Origin: Octopus bimaculoides
Lineage: Eukaryota
Assembly: GCF_001194135.2 (NCBI RefSeq)
Contig: NC_068990.1
Coordinates: forward strand, 44,567,480-44,631,301
Reading direction: 5' to 3'
Length of the DNA: 63,822 nt
Position numbers and translations under genes: made by a program. Position 1 is the first letter of the stretch. Every line of letters starts with the position of its first letter. Shown piece after piece: positions 11,690 through 24,139 of the stretch. The notes below the pieces were generated by a model. The model was not told the origin of the DNA. It made no database searches and saw only the letters and a program-made list of their open reading frames with translations.

Positions 11690-12929
11690 TATTGGATCTT
11701 CCCATAAATAATGCGGTTTTTTCAATTCGATGAACTAAAAGTTGGAGGAGACGAGATAAACTACCCGCATCAACTTTTACCTTGTTCTTATGTTTAGTGT
11801 AAGTTCTGAAGAGTGAAGTTCGATTTTAACAGTTATTTTTGCTATAATAGAAGTGACAAGAAAGCATATTCGACATATTTTGCTTTATGAGTTCAATAAA
11901 AACAACGCAATGCGAGAAATATTAATACAGTATATGGGGTTCGGACAAACAGCGTAAGCCAGCGTCAACGGTGGTTCTAGAAATTTTGAACCGGAAACTA
12001 CAGCCTAGAAGATGAGCCGCGTCCTGGAAGATCTGTAGTGCTCGACGAGGACGTCCTGCAAATCCTAGTGGGACAAAATCCCATCGTAACTGTTCAAGAA
12101 CTAGCTGAGAAGCTTGGATTTGGTAATTCAACCATTCATCGACACCTGCGTGCCATTAAACAAGTCAGCAAATTGAGTCGAAGTTTTCCTCACAAATTTT
12201 CTCCGTATAATTACGCGCAGTGAATGCATGTGTACTGTTCTTTCCTGTCACGTCTCACGAATGAACCTTTTTTGGACCGAATAGTGATTGGTGACGAGAA
12301 ATGAGTTCTCTATAAAAATGTCAAGCGCCGTGGACACTGGGTAGGGAAAGGAGAAACACGGGCACCCCGGGCTAAAGAAGGTCTTCACCCATGTAATGTG
12401 TTGTTATCTGTTTGGTGGGATATGAAAAGTTTAGTCCACTTTGAATTTTTAAACCCAAACAAACGATAACAAATGAGATGTATGCGAGAAGCTTGAGCGG
12501 CTTAAGTGAGTACTAGAAGAAAAACGATCATCTTTGGTTTCAAGATGGAAGATGTTTTTCCATCAGAATAATGCTCGACTACATACAGCAAGGATGACAT
12601 TCCAAAGGCTGGAGTAGTTTAAATGGGGAACAATGCCCCACCAACCATATTCGCAGGATATCGCCCCTTCTGTTTATCATTTATTCTGTAGTCTTCAAAC
12701 TCATTTCAACAGGAAAAATATGAATTCTGTAGACGATGTCAGAACTGTACTGGAGGAGAATTTTTCGTCACGGACAAGTAAATTTTGGAAGAGGATCCTT
12801 GCAACTCTAGCAGACAGATGGAAGAGCACTGTAGAAAATGAAGGGGAGAGTATATTGTAGATTAAAAAAGAACTTCGTTTATTTTAGTTTTGAAAAATAA
12901 AAGAAGTATAAAAAAACGTATTATTTATG
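11690..12929 (+). mobile_element. Mariner element, family B (Hsmar1/cecropia-like), frameshifted
   Basis: RHILLYEFN, LEDEPRPGR, IVIGDEK, HQNNARLH, PHQPYSQDIAPSVYHLF, RWKSTVENEG. Left TIR TATTGGATCTTCCCATAAATAATGCGG; the right TIR is partly eroded by (TATG)n. Confidence 0.9.
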
Positions 12930-12998
12930 TATATATGTATGTATGTATGTATTATGTATGTATGTATTATGTATGTATGTATTATGTATGTATGTATG

Positions 12999-13400
12999 TA
13001 GACGTGGATGTGCAGTAAGAAGTTTGCTTCCCAACCACATTATTCCATGTTCAGTCCCAAAGCGTGGAAACTTGGGAAAGTGTCTTCTACTATAGCCTTA
13101 GGCCGACCAAAGCTTTTTGAGTGGAACTGAAAGAAGCCCGTTGTATGTATATATATGTATATATATCTCAATGTATGTGTCTTTGTATCTGGATTTGTCC
13201 TTTCCCCCACCGCTTGCTTGATAACCGGTCTTGGAGTGTTTGCATCCCCATATCCTAGTGGGCCGGCAAAAGAGACTGATAGAATAAGTACCAGGCTTAA
13301 AAAAAGATGAGTACTGGGGTCGATTCATTTGACTAAAAGTTTAAGACGGTGCCTCATCATGGCCGCAGTCTAATGACTGAAACAAGTAAAAGATAAAAGA
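12999..13400 (+). mobile_element. Full-length tRNA-derived SINE (long family)
   Basis: Head, internal (TA/TG) tract and tail ...GACTGAAACAAGTAAAAGATAAAAGA. Homologous to 2261-2788. Confidence 0.85.
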
Positions 13401-13417
13401 TATATATATACATACAG

Positions 13418-13555
13418 ACGACGGGCTTCTAGACGCCTTCCATCTACCAAATATACTCATAAAGCATGGGTCAGCTAGGTGCTATGGTAGAAGATACTTA
13501 CCGCTGAGAGGGACTGAATTCGATTGCGAAGTGAACTTCCACCGAGCCATGCTTG
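13418..13555 (-). mobile_element. Degraded head fragment of the long SINE family
   Basis: CGACGGGCTTCT...GTAGAAGATACTT..GGGACTGAA matches 52621-52778 with deletions. Confidence 0.7.
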
Positions 13556-13910
13556 CTGTTTCGAAATATTCTAGTAACATGAATAGAAATAAACCGAAAC
13601 CAAGATCTTCTCTGAACCTGAATAAAAATGGCGACCAGAATTTGAATGGTACCAAATTTGAGTGGTACGTCGACTTGTATATCGGGAAAATATGGTAAAT
13701 TTGGCGCTAGTATACTACTGGTATTTATTGTAAACAATCGTGAAACGAGGAAAGGTAGTATTCAATTCAGCGAGTTCTGAGTAATGTCTTAATGGAACTT
13801 GGAACAACGACTTAGTATAGCTTTTGTTAATCCACCACCCACAAGGACGGAATATATCATTTTCTGACAGACTTAAAACCAGATATTTAGAAGGACTAAC
13901 ATAACAAATT

Positions 13911-14030
13911 GGTGAAGGCGATTGGCTTAATGGTTAGGATGTCGCATTAACGATCACCGGATCGTGGGTTCGTTTCCCAGACCGGGCTGCGTAATGTGTG
14001 TTTGAGCAAATCACTTTCTTTCACTTTAGC
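13911..14030 (+). mobile_element. tRNA-derived SINE head of a third family (CORE-like central motif)
   Basis: A box TGGCTTAATGG, B box GGTTCGTTTCC, then TTGAGCAAATCACTTT. Related copy at 23885-24120. Confidence 0.55.
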
Positions 14031-14465
14031 CTGCGGGTGAGAGAGTGGAAGAATTGTTGGCCCATCAGCAAAAATACTTTACGGTATATCTTCCAGCTCT
14101 TTACATTCTGAGTTCAAATCCCACCTGCCTGAAGAAGGCAAAGGGAAGCCACCCTAGTATTCATCCCAGGTCTAGTCGTTGTAGCCTAAGGTCCAGTAAT
14201 CTACTTAACGGCGACAGGAAAAGGTACGGGCCGTTTCAAGTTGTATAGAGAGTGCTGGGGAAGATTCACGTGCACAAGACATGCCCAAGGGCAGACAACC
14301 AATAGAAAATCTAGCAAATTACAACGACATCAGTATTTCAGTGAGATGTAATTTAAACTCCTCTCAGAAAGATGGAAGCCAAAATATGTTATCACTCAGA
14401 TCCTTCAGTCCGTCACAACATGCTTAGCACTGTCACAGTAATGGTAACAATATTAACACTTTAAT

Positions 14466-14536
<71 letters not shown>
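14466..14536. repeat. (TAG)n microsatellite
   Basis: Read directly. Confidence 0.95.
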
Positions 14537-14545
<9 letters not shown>

Positions 14546-15057
14546 GGTGGCAGAAGCAGTAGTAGTATCGCCGCCCATATCTGGACACACGCTGATAACA
14601 TTAGTTTCCTTGATCACATGCTAATTCCATTACAATATGATATCTATTTTTATGCAAGTATAAGTATATGTAAATATGTTTATCTCTGAAATGCATACAT
14701 ACATACATACATACATACATACATACATACATACATACATACATGCATATATATATGTGTATGTATGTATATATATGTCTGTATATATATATATATATAN
14801 NNNNNNNNNNNNNNNNNNNNNNNNNNNNNNNNNNNNNNNNNNNNNNNNNNNNNNNNNNNNNNNNNNNNNNNNNNNNNNNNNNNNNNNNNNNNNNNNNNNN
14901 NNNNNNNNNNNNNNNNNNNNNNNNNNNNNNNNNNNNNNNNNNNNNNNNNNNNNNNNNNNNNNNNNNNNNNNNNNNNNNNNNNNNNNNNNNNNNNNNNNNN
15001 NNNNNNNNNNNNNNNNNNNNNNNNNNNNNNNNNNNNNNNNNNNNNNNNNNNNNNNNN

Positions 15058-15940
15058 TTGTCGTCTAAATTATGCGAAAATGAAAATAACACTGACATTT
15101 CATTTTAACATATATTTACTAAAATTACATAAAAACATCTTGAAATGCTAAAGAGTAAATTTATTCAATAAAATCGCCATTGGCTTCAACCACGGCCTCC
15201 TGCAACTCCTCTGAACGGTCTCCTTGTTTAAGTTGGTGAATGCTACCATAATCCCTGTCTTCAGTTCATCTTTGGTGTTACAGGGAGTTTTGTTGGTCTC
15301 TCGCTCAACTACACCGCACACATGATAATGAAGGGGGTTGCAGTCTGGTGTGTTAGGTGGTCAAATGTTAGGGGTGATGTGGTCGCAGAAATTTTCTGAC
15401 AGCCATGACTGGGTTCTCCTGCTTGTGTGGCATGGTACAGAGTCCTGTTGCCAGACATAGGGTCTTCCAGCAGCCACCCTTTTCACCTAGGACAGTACTA
15501 CCTCCTCCAGGCATTTGGTGTAGGCCTCTGTGTTGAGTCCGAAGTTGTGTGAGAAGATAAATGGGGGCATAACATAGCCGTCACTAGTGATCACTCCAAA
15601 CACTGATGTTGAGTGGATGTTTGATTTTTATCACTCTCGCTAGATGTTTTAGGGACACCAACTACTTTCTGTGTTCACTATCTGATCCTGGCAGAAATTT
15701 TTCTCGTCTGAGAAAAACCAACGCATGCTCGGTTGGAGGGGATGCTTGAGTTTGTTCAAAAGCTTCATAGCGCGATCTTTCTTCTTGTCTTTGAAGGCTT
15801 GGGATAAAAATTGGCCGTTTCTCATCTTCTATGAGGAATACCGAATGTTTTCATGCACTACCTGCCTGATAAGAAACCCAGGCACTCCAATGTCCTGACA
15901 GTGGACCTGACTGACTTGGAGTTCTTTTCTTATCAGAACA
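15058..15940 (-). mobile_element. maT (DD37D, Bmmar1-like) transposon relic, 5' truncated
   Basis: FFSDEKNF, FGVITSDG, YVWQQDSVPCHT, PPNTPDCNP, VERETNKTPCNTKDELK. The QQD to NPLD spacing is 37 residues by count on this family. Confidence 0.85.
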
Positions 15941-16005
15941 TTTTCAATTCAGGTTTATTGGCTACTTTCTCATTCTCATTCATTTGTGACTATTTTTTTA
16001 TCCCC

Positions 16006-17617
16006 ATTTCTCCTCAGAAAATTCATAGTGAAACTGCTAAGCGTCATGCTATACTGCTGGAAGATAAACTGGCTATGATAAAACGCCATGAAAAAGGTGA
16101 AAAAGTGGTAGCAATTGCACGATCTTTGGGGATGAGTCGGACAACTGTATCAACGATTGTACATAATAAGGATAAGATTTTAGCACTTCTCAAATATGAA
16201 GCCTCGGGGATGAAGAACACTGTCATCAATAAGAAAAGAGGCAAAATCTTTGAAGAAATGGAAAGTCTTCTTTCTCTTTGGATTGTTAGGTTGAATTGTC
16301 AGCGTGCTACTAATAGTCAAAATATCATTCAAGAGAAAGCGATGTCTTTGAGGACCTGAAGAAAAAATATTCAGATGAGAAAGATGTAGAGTTCAAGGCA
16401 CGTCAAGGATAGTTCATGAGATTTAAGGAGCGAAGAGGTTATTCCATTAAGAAACAAGGTGGAAGTGCATCAGCTGACGAACAAGCAGCAACAGAATTTT
16501 CTAATGCATTAAAAATAATCATCGAAGAAAACGGGTTTCTTCCCCAACAGATTTTTAATGTTGACGAAACTGGATTGTATTGGGAAAATTGCCAGACTGA
16601 TCATTCATTTCCAAGAAGGAGAAAACTGTTCCAGGCTACAAGGTCTCAAAAGAACGTGTGACCATTATATTGGGAAGTAATTGTGCAGGAAATTATAAGT
16701 TAAAGCCATTGCTCGTGTATCATGCACACAACCCCCGTGCCCTGAAGAACGTACCCAAGGCATCTCTCCCTGTTATATGGATGGCTAATTCAAAAGCATG
16801 GGTTACTGTTGTTGCTTTTGAAGATTGGTTCTTCAGTCATTTTATTCCAGCAGCAGAGAAGTACTGTAAGGAGAAGAGGATTCCTTTTAAGGTTTTACTT
16901 ATCTTAGATAATGCTCCTGGCCTCCCGCAAAACATCGTAGATTTTTAACCCCAACGTTACCGTCGTATACCTCCCTCCGAACACCACGTCTCTTCTGCAG
17001 TCAATGGCTCACGGAACAATTGCTATCTTCAAGCGTTACTAAATGAAGCGTACGCTGCGGCAAGCAACAGCTGCAACTGACCTTGCTGAGTCCATCACAC
17101 TTCGTGACTTTTAGAAGAAATACGATATCTACGAGGCTGTACAGAACATAGCAGTGGCATGGAATGATGTACAAAGTACGGGTATGAATGGTGTATGGAA
17201 GAAGCTATGCTCGCAATTCGAGAATAATTTTAAGGGGTTTGATAATGTTGCCATCTACAAAACGTTGGTGATTTCGAGCAAAGCACTGGAAATAGATTTA
17301 GAGAAGGAGGATTTCACAGATTTATTTGAAAAACACAAGCAGTGCCTGACGAACGAGGACTTGATAGAGTTTCACGTGTAGCAAAATAAAGAAGAAAAGG
17401 AAGTCGAACCTGAACCACGTCACTTTATCATTAAGAAAATGCAGCATGCATTTGCATATATCGAAAACATATCGAGGATATGGATCCAAATGCTCAACGC
17501 TTTTCCAAGATTAGCGGGCTTGTCACAAAGCTTTTGCTCCTTATAATGTAATCCTTGAGGAAAAGAAGAGTCAGCTGTTAATGTTGACGATTCACAACCA
17601 TCTACATCCGCTTTTTA
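16006..17617 (+). pseudogene. Tigger/pogo (TIGD1-like) transposase relic
   Basis: CENP-B HTH (LEDKLAMIKRHEKGEKVVAIARSLGMSRTTVSTI), QIFNVDETGLYW, KLKPLLVY..NPRALKN, WMANSKAWVT, LLILDNAPG, YLPPNTTSLLQ. Several frameshifts; the likely start ATG reads ATT. No TIRs found. Confidence 0.92.
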
Positions 17618-18078
17618 AATCACCAAATTGTATGTACGTACTGGTAAATTTTAAATAACTTTTGTTTTTTACTTATTTGCAAAATACTGAATTTGTTTTT
17701 TAAGCTTAAAAAAGGCTTTTATTCTACCATGTCTTATTGCAAACAGTATTCATAAATAAAGCGTCTATTATTTAGATTTTATTTTAAAATCTAAATAAAT
17801 TTTAATCCATTCAAATATATCCTCTTTGCATTTTCAGCTCCATCTCTCCTATACTTCCACTCGTTTGGGTTAGTAACGATTTACATATATTTTGTGTGTG
17901 TGTGTGTGTGTGTGTNNNNNNNNNNNNNNNNNNNNNNNNNNNNNNNNNNNNNNNNNNNNNNNNNNNNNNNNNNNNNNNNNNNNNNNNNNNNNNNNNNNNN
18001 NNNNNNNNNNNNNNNNNNNNNNNNNNNNNNNNNNNNNNNNNNNNNNNNNNNNNNNNNNNNNNNNNNNNNNNNNTATGC

Positions 18079-18117
<39 letters not shown>

Positions 18118-19710
18118 TGCGTGTGTTTGTGTGTATATGTCTGTCTATTTGTATGAATTTATGTCAGTACATTTTCTTTCGTTTACATTCTGCTTGATTC
18201 TTCACCTCTGGCCCTGACATTTCGATTAAGAATTGATATCCGAAAAGTAAATATTTTTTCCTTTGTCTTTCTATTCACCATCAATATAATGCTCTTTACA
18301 TTTTCTTTTCTTGTCCTCATGCAGTTAGTTATTTCACATTCGATAACCATCCACGCTCTCATGAATGAATGATTAATTTAGCAACCACGGATTCAAGCGC
18401 TCGTACTCTACTACCTTATTGGACTAGCACCGAATCCGTTCGGTATATTTCTCATGAATACATAATTAAGTATATAAATATGAGAACCTTCACGAATTTC
18501 GCGTCTTGGATGACCTCAGCTGTGCTTGCCATGAAGGTTCATGTACAATTTATGAGTTAATGAGGATAGGCACACTATCCTATTTTTTCATTTACATTGA
18601 CCATTCTAAATTCATAGTATACTCGAGATAATGATAGTATATTTAGTTTTTGTTCAATAAATCTGTACTGGTGACTTACTCGCAACATAACCATCTTATA
18701 CTGATCAATAAAGATAAGATTTATGAATACATATATAAATATGGATGTGAAAGTGTAAATATATATAGGTTTATGTGAGTGGATATATATGCATATACAT
18801 ATTCATATNNNNNNNNNNNNNNNNNNNNNNNNNNNNNNNNNNNNNNNNNNNNNNNNNNNNNNNNNNNNNNNNNNNNNNNNNNNNNNNNNNNNNNNNNNNN
18901 NNNNNNNNNNNNNNNNNNNNNNNNNNNNNNNNNNNNNNNNNNNNNNNNNNNNNNNNNNNNNNNNNNNNNNNNNNNNNNNNNNNNNNNNNNNNNNNNNNNN
19001 NNNNNNNNNNNNNNNNNNNNNNNNNNNNNNNNNNNNNNNNNNNNNNNNNNNNNNNNNNNNNNNNNNNNNNNNNNNNNNNNNNNNNNNNNNNNNNNNNNNN
19101 NNNNNNNNNNNNNNNNNNNNNNNNNNNNNNNNNNNNNNNNNNNNNNNNNNNNNNNNNNNNNNNNNNNNNNNNNNNNNNNNNNNNNNNNNNNNNNNNNNNN
19201 NNNNNNNNNNNNNNNNNNNNNNNNNNNNNNNNNNNNNNNNNNNNNNNNNNNNATATATATATATATACATATTTATTTATATATTTGCGCATATGTGTGC
19301 ATGCATATTATATCACACTCTTTGAATATATAACTTCAGATACACACAGACACATTCAGCTACACGAGCACATACAAATAGTACGAACTGGTTTCCAAAT
19401 GCAGATACAGGAATCGCTATCTTAACCATTAAACTATAATACGCCCGTCATAACCATCACAGCTTAGAACATTCAAAAGTGACAGATATCAAAGGCTTAC
19501 TACACATGTATGCAGCTAAGAAATGAAATTAATTTTAGCTTACGCAGACGAGAAGAGAGTGAAAAGTGATCAAAAAGGCGAGGTGCATGCCTTCGTAATT
19601 ACAGTTATAAATGAGTGGTGACTTCTTTGTACCAATATCTGAGGTTGCCATATGCATTGATGTCATAGCAACAGATCTTAACTCATAGCAGAAAATGATA
19701 TGCCACTTAC

Positions 19711-19803
19711 GCTAGAATCAGAACCGCTTAAAGTAGCAGCAAGATCAACAGCAGCAATACCAGTAGCAAAGCTAGCACCAATCACAATAATAAGAAGAAT
19801 CAT
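19711..19803 (-). CDS. Candidate first coding exon of a secreted or membrane protein (MILLIIVIGASFATGIAAVDLAATLSGSDSS)
   Basis: Acceptor TAG at 19808-19806, then AA-ATG, 31 open codons (25 end in T), signal-peptide-like hydrophobic core, and donor GTAAGT at 19710-19705 (phase 0). In-frame stop upstream. No homology recognised. Confidence 0.55.
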
Positions 19804-20196
19804 TTCTAGGCACAAGGCACTGGTACTTATGTCTATAACTTATGTCTATAACTTCAAAAGTGAGTTATTCACACGCTTGAATGCTGAGAAAACGCTATGT
19901 ACATATATTTGGGCATGTTTCTGAGTCATCATTTGACCACACTGTCAAAAAAATAACACGTGGCTAAAAAACCACATCTGGAAATTGGGGAACAATAACA
20001 CCGCTTATAACATCAAATGGTGGGTCCACGAAAACAATTGATGAAAGGAAAACATTCTCTGTATATCAAAAGGAGCGCACATACTCATAAAGTCTTAGAG
20101 ACCTAGCAGTTGTTTAAAATCCAGAACATAGATTTTCACCAAATATGTCCATTTAGACGCGTTTATACTCGTTAAATGCAAGATAATTACTATCCT

Positions 20197-20207
20197 AAGA
20201 TGGCGGC
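20197..20207 (+). promoter_or_regulatory. YY1-type motif AAGATGGCGGC
   Basis: Exact match to the YY1 consensus in non-repeat sequence between the two candidate exons. Confidence 0.35.
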
Positions 20208-20421
20208 ACGAAAGTTAACCAGGCTAGCTTTCCATTTTCCCATTAAACTTGCTCGATGCATATGCACAATTCATATATCTATACTTTGATAAATCTACAA
20301 AACCCTTACAAACTAGACATATCAACAAACCACCTGCACTAGTTACCAATCCACTTCGACATCCCAACCTCAATACACCTACAAACAATAAAGGTGTAAA
20401 GTCTACACATTATTATCTTAC

Positions 20422-20560
20422 ATATAATAAAACGCGATGTGACCTGTCGACCACGCTAGACGGAAAGAAGAGTAAAACAGCAAACGAAGTGGGAGTGAGT
20501 GTCAGTCAGAGGCGGTAAAGCAGGCCGACAGCATCGAAAAGTTGTTGCTCTAAAGACGCT
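20422..20560 (-). other. Candidate non-coding first exon / promoter-proximal region
   Basis: CpG-containing non-repeat stretch ending in donor AT|GTAAGA at 20421. The 5' limit is a guess. Confidence 0.35.
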
Positions 20561-20664
20561 GATATTTTAATCAAAATAGAATTGTAAATTTTTATCGTAA
20601 ATTGTATTTAGTCTATCAGTTTCTTACTCACACGAACATACATGCACACACACAAGGATATATA

Positions 20665-20707
<43 letters not shown>

Positions 20708-20891
20708 ATTCCCGAGCGTCATACTAATATATACTTTTGTTATTTACACCACCTGTCCTCGTCTGTTGTTATTTTTTGTATATTCTCCCATATATATATN
20801 NNNNNNNNNNNNNNNNNNNNNNNNNNNNNNNNNNNNNNNNNNNNNNNNTATATATATATGTAATATATATATAAATGTGATATGAACGATA

Positions 20892-20927
<36 letters not shown>

Positions 20928-21136
20928 CTTACATTTTTTTCTTTCTTTCATTTTAGTCCATTTCCTATTATTGGCCGTTCTGATTCAAACCTTTATTTCT
21001 TTTCCCAAGTAAAAGATAACATATTTTACCGATTTCATCGATTCGATCTAAAAAAGGTAAACAAACTTACGCGCCTGCACACACATTTACGTATGCATAC
21101 ACTCATATGTATGTGTATATCTACAGAGAGAGGTAA

Positions 21137-21203
<67 letters not shown>
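21137..21203. repeat. (GATA)n microsatellite
   Basis: Read directly. Similar tracts at ~37010-37097 and ~37823-37880. Confidence 0.95.
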
Positions 21204-21548
21204 TAAATTAATGGAAATCGTCAGTTAATATGACTGCGGGTACCGAAGCAGCGATATTGCTAGAAATAAGAGTTAAAGACTCTAAATGTTGTTAGATCAC
21301 AATATATATGCACTGACAGTTGAGAGAACCGCCCCATGAATCACTAGACTAGATCAGTTTCATCTACTTCGTAGGCATCATCAATAGTGACAAACAGTCG
21401 ATGGTTTGGCTAAATCTATCTGTCGGTATACATATTTTTACCATAACAATTGTTGGTTGATTTAGCAAAATATTAATGCGTATATTAAAACTAATATAAA
21501 CAGCTAGGCGCAACATAATACCACAAAGAGCGGTTATCTCCCCTGTCA

Positions 21549-21596
<48 letters not shown>

Positions 21597-22359
21597 NNNN
21601 NNNNNNNNNNNNNNNNNNNNNNNNNNNNNNNNNNNNNNNNNNNNNNNNNNNNNNNNNNNNNNNNNNNNNNNNNNNNNNNNNNNNNNNNNNNNNNNNNNNN
21701 NNNNNNNNNNNNNNNNNNNNNNNNNNNNNNNNNNNNNNNNNNNNNNNNNNNNNNNNNNNNNNNNNNNNNNNNNNNNNNNNNNNNNNNNNNNNNNNNNNNN
21801 NNNNNNNNNNNNNNNNNNNNNNNNNNNNNNNNNNNNNNNNNNNNNNNNNNNNNNNNNNNNNNNNNNNNNNNNNNNNNNNNNNNNNNNNNNNNNNNNNNNN
21901 NNNNNNNNNNNNNNNNNNNNNNNNNNNNNNNNNNNNNNNNNNNNNNNNNNNNNNNNNNNNNNNNNNNNNNNNNNNNNNNNNNNNNNNNNNNNNNNNNNNN
22001 NNNNNNNNNNNNNNNNNNNNNNNNNNNNNNNNNNNNNNNNNNNNNNNNNNNNNNNNNNNNNNNNNNNNNNNNNNNNNNNNNNNNNNNNNNNNNNNNNNNN
22101 NNNNNNNNNNNNNNNNNNNNNNNNNNNNNNNNNNNNNNNNNNNNNNNNNNNNNNNNNNNNNNNNNNNNNNNNNNNNNNNNNNNNNNNNNNNNNNNNNNNN
22201 NNNNNNNNNNNNNNNNNNNNNNNNNNNNNNNNNNNNNNNNNNNNNNNNNNNNNNNNNNNNNNNNNNNNNNNNNNNNNNNNNNNNNNNNNNNNNNNNNNNN
22301 NNNNNNNNNNNNNNNNNNNNNNNNNNNNNNNNNNNNNNNNNNNNNNNNNNNNNNNNNNN

Positions 22360-22712
22360 AATTTATTTGCCTAAGTTTTAACAACGCTTCCTTCGAAATA
22401 GTCATCTTGCGCAGCAATACACCAGTCCCAGTGTTCCCTCCACTTTTGGAATCTGGCTCCGTAAGCGAGTCGAGGATCTTCGTGATTTACTCTGGATCTC
22501 GACAACGGTGTTAAAACGGTGACCTTTGAGGTGCATTTTCATCTTGGTAAACAGATGAAAGTCCGCAACTTACGAAGTAAACAACACAGCTATGTCACTC
22601 GGCACACTGCCTCGTGGAGGTCACTACTAGTTCTCACTGCGCATGCAAACGTGAGCTGCCATTTGTTGGCGCGCTACCAAAATAATCCGGGAACTTTTTG
22701 ATACCGCATGTA
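22360..22712 (-). mobile_element. Short deletion derivative of mariner family A
   Basis: Homologous to both ends of 10812-11685 (RCIAAQDDYFEG C-terminus and TIR ending at TA 22711-22712), with almost all of the transposase removed. Confidence 0.85.
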
Positions 22713-23884
22713 TCATGTGGACTATATTTTCAACCAAAATATTACAACTGTATCTGATTCTTCAAGTGCATCAATTCTGTGTATGTAAATATATTTACTA
22801 GATTGCTGACATTATCAATGGTTTCTCTCATTGTGTTGATGCGACATTTTGTATCATTAATAAAATTATATGGGCATTTTTGTCGACACGGGTATGCTAG
22901 AATAATTATAAAACATTTCTTCTTCTTGTTGAAAATTTCTTTACTCTATTTAGTATCACTTTAAACAGAATAACTGATGCTCCGAATGGTGCATCGTATG
23001 GCTTAAATACTACCATGTAAACCAACGTTTTCCTACACAAAATTTCGTACTGCAACCATCTTACGAACAGACATGAGAAATGTTGGAGAAAGTTGGTAAC
23101 AGTTTGAGCAAAGCTAAATTTTCTACTTTCACTTTCTCATAGTAGGAAACAGAAAGTCGTCTGTCTCAAATTAGATACTTTATATAAAATATTTATAACC
23201 TAGATGTAATTTGTGTTTATTCTGTTGAACTTATCAAAAAACATTACACCATATTTACATATATATATATATATATATACATATATACATTTACAATACA
23301 TACATAAATATATATATACATACACTTACGTACACACATATATCACACTTGCACATGTAAATGATGTTGGTGATGGTTGATCATCATCTACCCTATCATT
23401 ATATATAAAATAAATGTGTTCACATCGCTGGATATACGTTATTCAATGAGCCTTGAGTGCATCTCTTCAATTCATTTGTACCTTTGTTTAGTTCCACTTC
23501 TTTCTTCCAGCTCAAACATACTTATCAGAAACCAATGCCATTGAATTTTATCTTTTCAAAACATCTATAGAATTCTATTTTTGATAAGTGCGTCCACATT
23601 TCGCCACCACACTACCTAAAACCTTATTTCTCATTCATAAATTCCCCCTCCTCCTCTTCGTCATCATTATCTTCTTCTTCTTCTTCGTCTATATGTTCAT
23701 GCACTCCAATTTATCTCCAATCGAAAATGATTTTTTTTTCTTTTCAATTCATTTTCCATTATTTCAAATCTTACTACTTTATAAACTGCGACCACATGCT
23801 GGAGGGTTCTTAGTCAAACAAATCGACCCAAGTACTAATTTCTTAAATCTCTGGTACGTACTATATCGGTCATTGGCACTCGCA

Positions 23885-24120
23885 ATCTACCGATCGTGAT
23901 TTCAATTCCTAGATCGGGTGGTGCGTTGTGCTCTTAAGCAAAACAGTTCATCTCACATTGGTCTGTAATCACTTTGACACCTGATGTATGGTACACTGTG
24001 TGCCTGTTCAGACAACGTCGATTTGATGGAGAGAGTGAACTAATATGCGGTACGAATATTTGATCACTATAAACAAATCATTTGTACAGAATGTTCAGCA
24101 AAAGTTGAACGCTCATACAC
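23885..24120 (+). mobile_element. SINE of the third family (CORE-like), head partly lost
   Basis: GATCGTGATTTCAATTCC B box, then CTTAAGCAAAAC. Related to 13911-14030. Confidence 0.5.
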
Positions 24121-24139
24121 AAAAGCAAGGGATAAACAA

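Noticed and set aside
14125-14240. GC-rich segment with a GTCGTT/AACGGC stem resembling an RTE 5' leader or ribozyme
   Set aside because: Could not build a complete hammerhead or HDV topology by eye.
18324-18380. Strong plus-strand polypyrimidine tract + CAG
   Set aside because: All frames close within ~50 nt and there is no donor.
19700-19924. Plus-strand 74-aa ORF
   Set aside because: Antisense shadow of the minus-strand candidate exon, with no supporting splice signals or homology.
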